DNA of 64,000 nt from Minisyncoccia bacterium (GCA_050015515.1 JBEKBG010000001.1:86814-150813), one strand, 5' to 3'. Positions 1 to 8,911 are shown, counted from the stretch's first letter. Translations and numbers: made by a program. Notes: generated by a model not told the origin, from the sequence alone.

Positions 1-461
1 TCTATTTGAAAGGCCGATGCGCTTAACTGATCTCATCATAAAAACATGGTAAGAGGAAACTTTATTGGTGCGGCGATCGTTGCGATCATCTACACGGTCT
101 ATCTTGTATGGAACCCCCTTCCATCGCGCCCGCAAGAAGCAATAGTGTTGGTGGTTCTTAATGCGTTGACCATCGTGTTGTTGTTTTTTGCGTTCAAATA
201 GAAAGAAGCGAAATAATAAGCATTTACCTGGTGTATGTCGTACTGCTCTTGCGGGAGCCGGGCATTATTCTCCCAGCGGTTGATCAGCGGCGAGCCCGCA
301 TCGTTCGACAGCCCGGTCAAGATGCCGGGCGAGTCATACGAGCCGCGTTGCCGCGAACATTTCATTTTGCCAGGGAGGCCGAAGGGGTCGGCGAGTGCGG
401 CAAAAATGTAAAAAAGAGCCAGAGAGCGGGGGCTCTCTGGCTTGTGAAATGGCGGCATGTA

Positions 462-806
462 TCATGCCGGCCACTCTTGTGTTTGTAAAGAAGTGCCGAT
501 GGCCGCGGAGTTGTGGCCGGATTTTCTGGCTCGGTTCGCTTCGGTGCCGGTCAGCGTTTTTACCTTACTGGAAAGTTTGTTGGCGAGTCGCGGGGTGGGC
601 GCTGGCAATTTTTGGAGCTGCTTAAGCGCAGCGACGGTCTGTGCACCGCCGACAGCTCCTTCGAAGCGCCCGCTCCATGAGTTGAGAAGCCGTGGAGCGT
701 CCGTCGAATTATTGCCGAGCGCCGCAAGATACTTTTTACGGGCGTCTTCGATGGTGGTCTGCCGTTCGGCATCAAGAACAGAAAATGGTTCGTAAAACTT
801 TCCCAT
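462..806 (-). CDS. hypothetical protein (about 114 aa), start chosen at MGKFYEPF with AGGAAG RBS
   Basis: Six-frame ORF 462..956 minus strand; internal ATG preceded by AGGAAG 6 nt upstream; no recognisable domain. Confidence 0.35.
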   Translation of the reverse strand: MGKFYEPFSVLDAERQTTIEDARKKYLAALGNNSTDAPRLLNSWSGRFEGAVGGAQTVAALKQLQKLPAPTPRLANKLSSKVKTLTGTEANRARKSGHNSAAIGTSLQTQEWPA

Positions 807-877
807 GGGAAACTTCCTCTCGGTTGGAAATGAACAACAAGCAATAAATATAAGTTCAACCTCGATAATAGTCAACT

Positions 878-2167
878 CTACAGCGTCACGAACATCGCCA
901 CGGCCGCGGCGGCCATCAAGATAAACGTCGCCCAGACGAAAACTTTTGAGAGCCATCCACTCTTATACTCGCCCATGATCTTTTTGCTCGCCGCCATGCG
1001 CGCGATGATAAAGATAAGAGGCACCGCCGCCACGCCGTTGAGGACGGCGGTAAAGACAAGCGCCTTTATCGGGTTGATGCCGATGAAGTTGATCATCAGG
1101 CCGACGAGCGTGGCGATGGTGATAACACCATAGAATCCGTGCGCGTGCTTTAATTTAAGATTCAGCCCCTCCTTCCAGTTGAACGTTTCGGAAAGTGCGT
1201 ACGATGCGGAGGCGGAGAGCACCGGCACGGCAAGCAGGCCGAGCCCGATGACGCCGATGGCGAATAACACTTTTGCGATATAGCCTGCGTTGGGAAATGT
1301 GTGCACGAGCGGCTCGAGCGCTTTCGCCGCGTCCGCCGTGGTGGCGATGTTCGTAAGTCCGTGCGCGTTCAGCACCGTCGCCGCCACAATGATGATGCAC
1401 CATGTCGCCACTTCGGATGAGAGCATGCCAAGAAAGTTATCCCACCGCAGACGGCTCATGAACGATTTCGTCGGCTTTGTTGCGCCGCTCTTTATCAAAT
1501 GATGCTCCTCTTCTTCCTCCACTTCTTCCGACGCTTCCCAGAAGAACATATACGGCGAAATGGTGGTGCCGAGCACGCCGGTGATAATAAACAAGAACGC
1601 AAAGCTGAATTGCACGTGCGGCAGGAACGTTGCGCGCAGGATCGTACCCCACGGCTCATGGACGAGGAACACGGTGAGCGGATAGGAAATGAGCACGAGA
1701 GCCAGCCACTTTAAAATCTTTGCGTAATTTTTATACGAAACAAAAATTTCAAGCAGCAAAATGAGTGCGGTGAAGAAGAGCGTGAGCACGGTAAAGTTCA
1801 CCGGGATGATGAGCGCCGCGGCCGCGCCCATCGCGCCAAGGTCGGCGCCGATGTTGATCGTGTTTGCGATGAGGATGAGCGCCAACAGACCGTACAGAAT
1901 TTTGCGGTTGTAATTTTCTTTGACGACCGCCGCGATGCCTTTGCCCGTCACCGCGCCAATGCGTGCGCACGCCTCCTGGATCGCCACCATGAAGGGGAGC
2001 AAGAAGAGCGCGGTCCACAACTGTCCGTAACCGAACTGCGCGCCGGTCTGGGTGTAGGTGGCGATGCCCGACGGATCATCATCCGCCGCGCCAGTGATCA
2101 AACCCGGGCCAACGATCTTGAGGAGATTCTTTGTCTTCTTGCCGAACTTTGCCATAGATAAGAGCAT
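878..2167 (-). CDS. mntH: Nramp family divalent metal cation (Mn2+/Fe2+) transporter
   Basis: Polytopic membrane protein with Nramp consensus stretches (GPGLITGAADDDPSGIATYTQTGAQFGY, MVAIQEACARIG); start placed at MLLSMAKF inside the longer ORF. Confidence 0.85.
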   Translation of the reverse strand: MLLSMAKFGKKTKNLLKIVGPGLITGAADDDPSGIATYTQTGAQFGYGQLWTALFLLPFMVAIQEACARIGAVTGKGIAAVVKENYNRKILYGLLALILIANTINIGADLGAMGAAAALIIPVNFTVLTLFFTALILLLEIFVSYKNYAKILKWLALVLISYPLTVFLVHEPWGTILRATFLPHVQFSFAFLFIITGVLGTTISPYMFFWEASEEVEEEEEHHLIKSGATKPTKSFMSRLRWDNFLGMLSSEVATWCIIIVAATVLNAHGLTNIATTADAAKALEPLVHTFPNAGYIAKVLFAIGVIGLGLLAVPVLSASASYALSETFNWKEGLNLKLKHAHGFYGVITIATLVGLMINFIGINPIKALVFTAVLNGVAAVPLIFIIARMAASKKIMGEYKSGWLSKVFVWATFILMAAAAVAMFVTL

Positions 2168-2378
2168 TATAGCAGCCTTGCGTCGGATTTGACAGTTTTT
2201 GTGATATATGGTAGACTGCGCATGCACCTTAAAAACTGATTTCACCGTAGCGCCCAAGGCATCTTTTAGGAGTAAAAAAAAGACGCTTTGCGCGCTGCGG
2301 TGAAACAATCATAAAGCGATGAAACGCTTTTGCAGAAATGTGAATCCGTTCAAGTCCACCCCAGCAAGGAGAAACACC

Positions 2379-3011
2379 ATGAGCACCAGCGTCATTAGTG
2401 TGGAACAGCGCTTCGCTCTGCTCGCCGCCATGGGAGCCAACATTGACTGGGATTCGCTCACGATTGAGCAGATCCAGGCCGGTATCAAGAATCCTCAACT
2501 GACCGGAAAGCAGGCAACCCTGTTCATCCGGTCCGGCTATTCTGTGCAGATCGGCGAGCATTTCCGCGAGACCGGCGACGTGAGCATTCAACTCCCGGCA
2601 CTCAAGCGGCCGACGCTCAAGGAACTCCAGGCGAGCAACGACTGGATCAAGTCCATCGAGCGGGACACATCCACCGAGGAAGCGGTAACGCTCACATTCG
2701 CAACAGTGCTCGTGCCCGATGACGGCAGTTCCATCGACGGCAAGGAATATGAGAAGCGGATTGCGCTCAAACACGATTCTCTTCTCGGCTTCCAGCACCG
2801 CCAGTGGCTTCTCGAACACCAAGCAGAGTTCCCGGAGTTCATGGCGCTTCTCGGAAAGTGCTACGTCGACTTCCCGGGAATCGTCGTGGTCAGCCGCGGC
2901 GGCGATCGCCGCATCCCGTACTGCCTTCGGGACGGCTCACGCTGGGGCGACAGCTGGAACTGGCTCAGCGGCGGCTTCGATGTGGACGGACGCATCGCTG
3001 TCGGCAAGTAG
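2379..3011 (+). CDS. DGR target protein 1 (variable protein with C-terminal VR)
   Basis: C-terminal 150 aa paralogous to the ORF at 4897..5559; last 40 codons coincide with VR1; RBS AAGGAGAAACACC precedes ATG at 2379. Confidence 0.8.
   Translation: MSTSVISVEQRFALLAAMGANIDWDSLTIEQIQAGIKNPQLTGKQATLFIRSGYSVQIGEHFRETGDVSIQLPALKRPTLKELQASNDWIKSIERDTSTEEAVTLTFATVLVPDDGSSIDGKEYEKRIALKHDSLLGFQHRQWLLEHQAEFPEFMALLGKCYVDFPGIVVVSRGGDRRIPYCLRDGSRWGDSWNWLSGGFDVDGRIAVGK
2884..3004 (+). repeat. DGR variable repeat VR1 (121 bp)
   Basis: Aligns gap-free with TR 3329..3449; 16 mismatches, every one at a TR adenine (A->G, A->C, A->T); identical 21-bp GC-rich 3' end GGACGGACGCATCGCTGTCGG. Confidence 0.85.
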
Positions 3012-3076
3012 CAATCACTTGGGTCCTCGTGCGCTTGGTCTTTTGACCTTGAGCACTTGGGCCCTTTTCTTTTCTT
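3012..3076 (+). repeat. Conserved post-VR element, copy 1 (direct repeats CACTTGGG, short GGTC-TTTT-GACC hairpin, GGGCCC followed by T-rich run)
   Basis: About 85 percent identical to 5560..5631, which follows VR2. Confidence 0.4.
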
Positions 3077-3328
3077 AAAATACTCGTATGCTGATGGTGG
3101 ATAGTAGATCGTTGCGCATGGCTACGGCTCTGCGCGGTCGAACTCTGCGATAGCATCTGCCGGAGCGGGAGCGGATACGTCTTTTCCCGGCGTGCGATGT
3201 TTATCTGCTTACTTATTATTGCTACTTGGTGCGGAGAATTAGGGAATTATTTATAGATAGAGATTCCGAATACGATTCAATCCCAAGAATGATCGAGGGA
3301 TGGTGGCGCAGGTGATTCCCCGCACATT

Positions 3329-3449
3329 TCGTGGTCAACCGCGACGGCGATCGCAACATCCCGTACTGCAATCAGAACGGCTCACGCTGGGACGACAACT
3401 GGAACTGGCTCAGCAACGACTTCAATGTGAACGGACGCATCGCTGTCGG
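3329..3449 (+). repeat. DGR template repeat (TR), 121 bp, rich in AAC codons
   Basis: Near-identical to VR1 and VR2 except at adenines; lies between target 1 and the RT; not part of a complete gene (the local ORF 3300..3620 is spurious). Confidence 0.85.
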
Positions 3450-3470
3450 AAACTGGCAATAATGGTTTTA

Positions 3471-3842
3471 TCATTGGCGATGCCCGGCGGGTTCGCTGCG
3501 GCTCATGGTTTGCCGCAGCCACCCGCCGAGCATTTTGCCGACCTCTTCCAGCGGTTCGGAAAGTGTGATGAATTTTCCGTTATCGATAGCTTTGATCTCC
3601 CAGGAAATCTGGATGAATAATTTTAGGAGATCTAATTTTGCGGAAGCCTTTTGTAAATAGGGGACTTTCTGTTCTTTCGTGAGGTGGCTTGCAAGGAATA
3701 TCAGTTCGGTTGTTTCAATAAAGAGATCATCAATCTTCTGGCCGAGCGTAAAGCGCGAAGTTTTTGCCATGTTCGGCATGAATTCATGCCAAACCTTATA
3801 AACTTCGATAAGACGGACAACAACAGGAACGTTAGTTTTCAT
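3471..3842 (-). CDS. avd: Avd-like accessory variability determinant (four-helix-bundle / 23S rRNA IVS protein family)
   Basis: About 123 aa; C-terminal EPLEEVGKMLGGWLRQ and overall helix pattern typical of TIGR02436-like four-helix-bundle proteins; encoded antisense to the RT with start codons overlapping (CAT 3840..3842 versus ATG 3841..3843). Confidence 0.55.
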   Translation of the reverse strand: MKTNVPVVVRLIEVYKVWHEFMPNMAKTSRFTLGQKIDDLFIETTELIFLASHLTKEQKVPYLQKASAKLDLLKLFIQISWEIKAIDNGKFITLSEPLEEVGKMLGGWLRQTMSRSEPAGHRQ

Positions 3843-4857
3843 GAAGCATAGGTTAACTAAAAAACGTGGCGATATTGCTTCTCTCGAAAACCTGCTTTTG
3901 GCGTGGGAGGAATTTTTAGCGGGCAAAAAATCAAAGCCGGACGTTCAGGATTTCAAAATGCGTCTCATGGAAGAAATAATATCACTCAAAAATGATATTG
4001 TCAATGGCGCGTACCGGCATGGAGGGTACGAAGCGTTCAATGTATCGGATCCCAAGCCGCGGAACATCCATAAAGCGATTGTGCGCGACCGCCTGTTGCA
4101 TCATGCGATCTATCGCGTCCTCTGTCCGTTCTTTGATAAAACCTTCATCACCGATTCGTACTCGTGTCGCATCGGGAAGGGTACTCACAAAGCCCTCGAG
4201 CGGTTCGATGTTTTTTGCCATAAGGTCGGGCGCAACAATACCCGCACCGTCTGGGTGCTAAAATGCGACCTTCGGAAATTTTTTGCCAGCATTGATCACG
4301 CGATTTTACTTGAGACACTCTCGAAATACATTGTTGACCCGGAGATAATGGATCTTCTGCGGGAGATTATCGAAAGTTTTTCTTCGACGCGCGATGGTGT
4401 TGGTTTGCCGCTTGGCAATCTTACCTCGCAGCTCTTCGTGAATATTTATATGAACGAATTCGATCAATTCGTAAAACATGTGCTTAAAGAAAAATATTAT
4501 ATTCGCTATGCGGATGATTTTGTGATTCTTTCGGAATCAAAAATTTGGCTAGAGCATCTGCTTCCCAAAATTCGAACATTTCTTGGCGAGCGACTGAAGC
4601 TCGATCTTCATCCAAAGAAAGTATCCATAGAAACGTTGGCGTCCGGCATTGATTTTTTGGGCTGGGTCATATTCCCGGACCATAAAGTGCTTCGCACCGC
4701 AACGAAGCGGCGAATGGTCAAAAGATTAGAAAATATTGTTTCGTCGGGAACGGTCAGCTCTTATAGGGGGCTTTTAAAACATGGAAACGCGCACCAACTT
4801 GCGGAGCGGTTTCTCCCTGCCGGCGGTGAGTTGACGGATTGGCTAGATATATGGTAA
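3841..4857 (+). CDS. Diversity-generating retroelement reverse transcriptase
   Basis: 338 aa RT with no maturase or endonuclease domains; motif 4 reads LGNLTSQ (DGR-specific SQ instead of SP); YADD catalytic motif; N-terminus aligns with the Bordetella phage bRT pattern. Confidence 0.9.
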   Translation: MKHRLTKKRGDIASLENLLLAWEEFLAGKKSKPDVQDFKMRLMEEIISLKNDIVNGAYRHGGYEAFNVSDPKPRNIHKAIVRDRLLHHAIYRVLCPFFDKTFITDSYSCRIGKGTHKALERFDVFCHKVGRNNTRTVWVLKCDLRKFFASIDHAILLETLSKYIVDPEIMDLLREIIESFSSTRDGVGLPLGNLTSQLFVNIYMNEFDQFVKHVLKEKYYIRYADDFVILSESKIWLEHLLPKIRTFLGERLKLDLHPKKVSIETLASGIDFLGWVIFPDHKVLRTATKRRMVKRLENIVSSGTVSSYRGLLKHGNAHQLAERFLPAGGELTDWLDIW

Positions 4858-4896
4858 TATATGTCCAGGTGTTAAATTGAAAAAGGAGAAACCGCC

Positions 4897-5559
4897 ATGC
4901 CAAAACATGGAACCATCTCAACCAAATTCCCTGGCTGGTACATTCAGCTCCAGACCGATGTTCTGCTTCAGCTGCCACGCCCCGATGAGCTTTCGGAGCG
5001 CGTGGCCGACAGATTGCATAACAACCGCGGCTTGATGAAGAAAGCCTTGCGAGCCGCCCTATGTCCGCCCGTAACAAAACCCGCCGTCGAAACGATCTTC
5101 ACGGAGCTTTTCCGCGAGACCGGCGAACTGAGCATTCAGCTTCCGGCGCTTAAGCGTCCCACGCTTGGCGAGACCCAGTCCAAGTACGATTGGATTAAGT
5201 CCATCGAGCGGGATACGTCGACCGAGGAGTCAGTGACACTCTCGCTGGTGACGGTGCTTGCCGCTGGAAGCACTGCTTCTATCGGCGGCAGGGAATACGA
5301 GTTGAGGATCGCTGAACATCTCGACTCTCTTCTCGGTTTCCAGCACCGCGAGTGGCTGCTTGAGCACCAGGCCGAATTTCCGGAGTTCATGGCTCTTCTC
5401 GGAAAGTGCTATATTGACTTTCCCGGAATCGTCGTGGTCAACCGCGTCGGCGATCGCCTCATCCCGTACTGCAATCCGAACGGCTCACGCTGGGACGACT
5501 TCTGGCACTGGCTCCGCGACGGCTTCAATGTGGACGGACGCATCGCTGTCGGCAAGTAG
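4897..5559 (+). CDS. DGR target protein 2 (paralog of target 1, C-terminal VR)
   Basis: Shares FRETG..SIQLPALKRPTL...GRIAVGK with 2379..3011; nearly identical RBS context AAGGAGAAACCGCC-ATG. Confidence 0.8.
   Translation: MPKHGTISTKFPGWYIQLQTDVLLQLPRPDELSERVADRLHNNRGLMKKALRAALCPPVTKPAVETIFTELFRETGELSIQLPALKRPTLGETQSKYDWIKSIERDTSTEESVTLSLVTVLAAGSTASIGGREYELRIAEHLDSLLGFQHREWLLEHQAEFPEFMALLGKCYIDFPGIVVVNRVGDRLIPYCNPNGSRWDDFWHWLRDGFNVDGRIAVGK
5432..5552 (+). repeat. DGR variable repeat VR2 (121 bp)
   Basis: 11 mismatches to the TR, all at TR adenines; no non-adenine differences. Confidence 0.85.
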
Positions 5560-5631
5560 CAATTAACTTGGGCTCTTGTGCGCTTGGTCTTCTTTCGACC
5601 TTGAGCACTTGGGCCCTTTTTCTTTTCTTCT
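5560..5631 (+). repeat. Conserved post-VR element, copy 2
   Basis: Paralogous to 3012..3076. Confidence 0.4.
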
Positions 5632-5683
5632 TATCCGCCGCGAGAGCGGCGAGACCCCAAGCTATTGAGCCATTACGGGGGGG

Positions 5684-5712
5684 TTGACAAATCCTAGCGA
5701 GTGGAGTACTAT
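5684..5712 (+). promoter_or_regulatory. Sigma70-like promoter for the cold-shock gene (TTGACA-N17-TACTAT)
   Basis: Canonical -35 element with 17-nt spacer and a -10-like hexamer about 70 nt upstream of the csp ATG; long 5'UTR is typical of csp genes. Confidence 0.45.
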
Positions 5713-5780
5713 TATTAGGCAAACAAAGAAACGTCGTCGAACTTCTAGAAAAGCAACAATACTAATTTAGCACTGCAATC

Positions 5781-5978
5781 ATGCAAGGAACTATCAAAAC
5801 CCTTACGGATCGTGGATTTGGTTTCATCGCGCGCGATGGCGAAGCGAAAGACCTTTTTTTCCACTCCAAGGAGTTGAATGGTGTCGCATTTGATGATCTC
5901 AAGGTTGGCGATGTCGTCACTTTCGAGGTCACCGAAGGCGAGAAAGGCCCGGCCGCGACGAACGTCAGCCGAGCATAA
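5781..5978 (+). CDS. Cold-shock protein (CspA family, single CSD)
   Basis: 65 aa; RGFGFI and FFH RNP motifs. Confidence 0.9.
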   Translation: MQGTIKTLTDRGFGFIARDGEAKDLFFHSKELNGVAFDDLKVGDVVTFEVTEGEKGPAATNVSRA

Positions 5979-5980
5979 CG

Positions 5981-6065
5981 CCAAAACAAAAACCTCCCCT
6001 CTTTTTTGACGGAAATGCCACGTAGGAACGTGACCGTCAAAAAAGAGGGGAGGTTTTTGTTTTGG
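5981..6065. terminator. Very long perfect palindrome (32-bp stem, 21-nt loop) downstream of csp; likely bidirectional terminator
   Basis: Left arm 5981..6012 is the exact reverse complement of 6034..6065; T/A runs on both sides. Confidence 0.55.
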
Positions 6066-6144
6066 CTCGATGATGAAGAGGAGGAGAAGAAAGAAGACTT
6101 GCGTTTTGATATCGTCAGTAATATTCTCCTCTTAGGAGGTAGTG

Positions 6145-6480
6145 ATGGGTAAAATCAAAAAACGGCCGACCAATATAAGAACGGTCGGCAACGAGGTAAA
6201 TGGGAAACACTCTGTGAGCGATGAATGGCCGCCAGTGTCCTACTCAGGGAAGTATTCCCTGAAATCGCGCGTTGTAACGCGCGTCGTTGAGGGGGAGGTG
6301 TACATGGAGAAGTATGCGCCCGGGCGACCGCCAACGACTACCGTCCATCGCGCGGGCAATGCATTCGTGCAGGATCCAGATATTTACGCCGTCGGGTCTG
6401 TGTACGGCGCGAAGACCGTTTCCTTTTCCAAGAGACCCATCGATCCGACATTTATCCCACAGCTGGATGAAGACATATAG
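6145..6480 (+). CDS. hypothetical protein
   Basis: ORF with AGGAGG RBS 5 nt upstream of ATG; no recognisable domain. Confidence 0.4.
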   Translation: MGKIKKRPTNIRTVGNEVNGKHSVSDEWPPVSYSGKYSLKSRVVTRVVEGEVYMEKYAPGRPPTTTVHRAGNAFVQDPDIYAVGSVYGAKTVSFSKRPIDPTFIPQLDEDI

Positions 6481-6579
6481 CGGCATCGTTCTTTTTAACC
6501 GCCGCATCCCCGCGCTCCCGATGTTCGGAAGCGCGGTTTTTATTTTTTTGTACTGTATAGAGAATGATATAATAGAGGG

Positions 6580-7593
6580 ATGGCTTCCTCTCGTTCTGAA
6601 TCGTATTTTTCCATCGGCATCCTGCTCGCGGCGGCGGTGCTTGTGGTACTGGTATTCCTTCCGGAGCTGGATGCTATCGTGCTGGGGATAAGCGTGGCCG
6701 TGCTCTTCCAGCCGTGGTACGCCGCACTCAAAAAAGCGTTGCATGACCGGAGCGGTGCGGCGGCGGCGATCATCGTTATCCTCGCGGTCGTGATCATCCT
6801 TATCCCGCTGGTATTTATTGGATTGCAGATGTTTGCCGAGGCGCAAGGATTGTATGGCCAGATCGCCTCTGGCGGTGCGGCAGCGGTGCCGGGCGTAGTT
6901 TGGTTCCGTGCGGCGATCCAGCAATGGCTGCCGTCGCTCAATATCGATCTCACTCCGTATATCCAGCAAGTGCTCGGCTTTTTGATCGGCGACATCGGTC
7001 CGATATTTTCCGGCGTACTCGTCGCAGTCGGGACGCTCTTCCTTTCGTTCTTCGCTCTCTATTATTTTTTGAAGGATGGTTCCAAATTGCGCACGGCGAT
7101 CGTCACGCATGGGCCGTTGCCGGCGGCGCATGCGGAAGAGATCCTCTCGCGGTTGTACGCGCGCGCGGGTTCCGTCATTCGCGGGTCGCTCCTGGTAGCG
7201 GCGTTGTACGGCGTGCTCACCGGCATCGGATTTTTCATCTTTGGATTGCCGAGCGCGATCCTGTGGGGCACGGTCACTGCGGTCGCGTCGTTCATCCCGG
7301 GGATCGGTGTCTTGCTCATCGTCGTGCCGGGGATCATCTCACTCTATCTTGGCGGGAACATCGTCGGCGCGGTCGGCCTTTTGGCGTGGCTGTTCGTCAT
7401 GTCAATGACGATCGAGGCGTATCTCCGCCCGCGGCTGTTGGGTGGCAAGGAAAAGATCCATCCGATGTTGATGCTTTTCGCCGTACTTGGCGGCCTCTCG
7501 TTCTTTGGCCCGATCGGATTGCTGCTCGGCCCGCTCGCACTCTGTCTTTTATTGACCCTCCTTGAAAGCTACCCGAAGCTATCATTTTCCTGA
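6580..7593 (+). CDS. AI-2E family transporter (PerM/TqsA-like permease)
   Basis: 8-TM protein with the typical C-terminal LRPRLLG....P....F region. Confidence 0.75.
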   Translation: MASSRSESYFSIGILLAAAVLVVLVFLPELDAIVLGISVAVLFQPWYAALKKALHDRSGAAAAIIVILAVVIILIPLVFIGLQMFAEAQGLYGQIASGGAAAVPGVVWFRAAIQQWLPSLNIDLTPYIQQVLGFLIGDIGPIFSGVLVAVGTLFLSFFALYYFLKDGSKLRTAIVTHGPLPAAHAEEILSRLYARAGSVIRGSLLVAALYGVLTGIGFFIFGLPSAILWGTVTAVASFIPGIGVLLIVVPGIISLYLGGNIVGAVGLLAWLFVMSMTIEAYLRPRLLGGKEKIHPMLMLFAVLGGLSFFGPIGLLLGPLALCLLLTLLESYPKLSFS

Positions 7594-8109
7594 CCGTCCG
7601 CTTGATTTTGAAAATTTGAATAAGAAGTGGGAGAGGATTCCTGCAACGACCAGGATGAGAATGATGATGTCGGGGTTTGAAATGAATGACGATAGCCCGA
7701 GTACGGTGCCCCAGAGGAAGAGATACCACACAAAGTTGCCGGCGAGCGTCAGGAGGAATGCCATATTGAGTGGCAGCCCGATCCATGCGCCGATGAAGGT
7801 ATTGACGAAAGGGAAGTTGATGATGCCGAGCAGCGCGAGCGAGAATTTTTCGCCGTGCGGCCCGAGCTCAGCCCGGCCCCTCGTTATCCATCGCTCCACC
7901 CAATTGAAAAAGCGTGTCCCATGGGATTTTTCCTGCGTGAACTTCCCGAGCATGTAGCCCACGTACATATCGAGCGAGGTGATGGAGAGCCAGATGAGGT
8001 GGATCTCCCAGATGGGAAAATTATTTTGCAGGGCGATGATAAAAACGATCGCGCTCGACGCGAACTCTTGAGGAACCAGCACGCTTGCAACCAGCAACCA
8101 CATAGGCAT
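7582..8109 (-). CDS. membrane protein, hypothetical
   Basis: 175 aa, 4-5 predicted TM helices; convergent 12-nt overlap with the AI-2E gene. Confidence 0.45.
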   Translation of the reverse strand: MPMWLLVASVLVPQEFASSAIVFIIALQNNFPIWEIHLIWLSITSLDMYVGYMLGKFTQEKSHGTRFFNWVERWITRGRAELGPHGEKFSLALLGIINFPFVNTFIGAWIGLPLNMAFLLTLAGNFVWYLFLWGTVLGLSSFISNPDIIILILVVAGILSHFLFKFSKSSGRSGK

Positions 8110-8165
8110 GCCATTATTGTAGCAGGGTTGCTGCTGTTTTGGCGCGGGCGGAGGGCGGTGATATA

Positions 8166-8897
8166 ATGATGGTCATGGCAAAGTTCAAAAACACTGCGGA
8201 CAGTCCGGCGGGCATCCAACCGGGCGAGACGATCGTCGTGGACGGTATCACCTACGAGCGGTTTCCCATCAAAGTGCCGCGACTGATCGTATTTGGAGAA
8301 GGATTGGAGGATGTTGTGAATGTTTTTGTAAAGCCGCACTACCGCGCCGGCGATTGGGTGGCGGTTTCGGAAAAGATAGTTTCTATCTCGCAAAATCTGG
8401 TGCGGCATATTTCTACGGTGAAGGTAAGCCGGTTGGCGCGGTTTATCACACTTGGCGTCAAGAAGCACAAGAACATGACCGCGTGGTCGCGTCCGGAAAA
8501 GATGCAGGTGGCGATCGAGATCGTCGGAGCGCCACGAATCCTGCTCGCTGCCGGTGTCGGTGCCGTTGGAAAGTTGGTCGGCAAGCGTGGATGGTTCTGG
8601 ATCGTCGCCGGGCATCGCGTGTCCGAGATCGATGGTTTTATCCCCGAGGACATGTATCCGTATACCGAATGGGGTGTCTTACCGCCGCCGGATCCGCAAG
8701 GTGATATGGAGCGCGTGGAGCGTGCGACGGGAATTCCGATGATCACCGCCGACGCGAATTATATTGACGTGCAGATTTTAGGCGTGAGCCGCGGTGTGGG
8801 ATTGGATAAAAAAACGGTGCGCGAAATTTTGCTTGATAACCCACTGGGGCAGGGGAATAAAATGACACCGTTCGTTCTAGTGCGCCGCGTAAATTAA
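8166..8897 (+). CDS. CofE-like F420-0:gamma-glutamyl ligase family protein
   Basis: KIVSISQ and LPPPDPQGDMERVERATG match CofE-family segments (VISKAEG, LPPLDPDGSAEKLR); start moved to ATG with GGAGGG RBS (the track ORF begins at TTG 8139). Confidence 0.55.
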   Translation: MMVMAKFKNTADSPAGIQPGETIVVDGITYERFPIKVPRLIVFGEGLEDVVNVFVKPHYRAGDWVAVSEKIVSISQNLVRHISTVKVSRLARFITLGVKKHKNMTAWSRPEKMQVAIEIVGAPRILLAAGVGAVGKLVGKRGWFWIVAGHRVSEIDGFIPEDMYPYTEWGVLPPPDPQGDMERVERATGIPMITADANYIDVQILGVSRGVGLDKKTVREILLDNPLGQGNKMTPFVLVRRVN

Positions 8898-8911
8898 ATA
8901 TTCATAAAATA

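Noticed and set aside
459-464. In-frame TGA between the ORFs at 462..806 and 99..458, raising the question of a UGA-recoded genetic code
   Set aside because: TGA clearly terminates well-supported genes (for example the AI-2E transporter at 7591..7593), and all conserved proteins translate full-length with the standard code.
3300-3620. Track ORF 3300..3620 (+) overlapping the TR
   Set aside because: Its frame is not that of the TR's AAC-codon periodicity, and the product is Arg-rich junk. The TR is a non-coding template, not a gene. The real gene in this interval is the minus-strand Avd-like ORF.
6244-7131. Long minus-strand ORFs antisense to GC-rich genes (this one plus 15975..16553, 17115..17759, 18942..19823, 33425..34303, 52145..52534, 61274..62209 and similar)
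   Set aside because: Arg/Pro/Gly-rich low-complexity translations that fully overlap well-supported genes on the other strand; typical spurious antisense ORFs in high-GC DNA.
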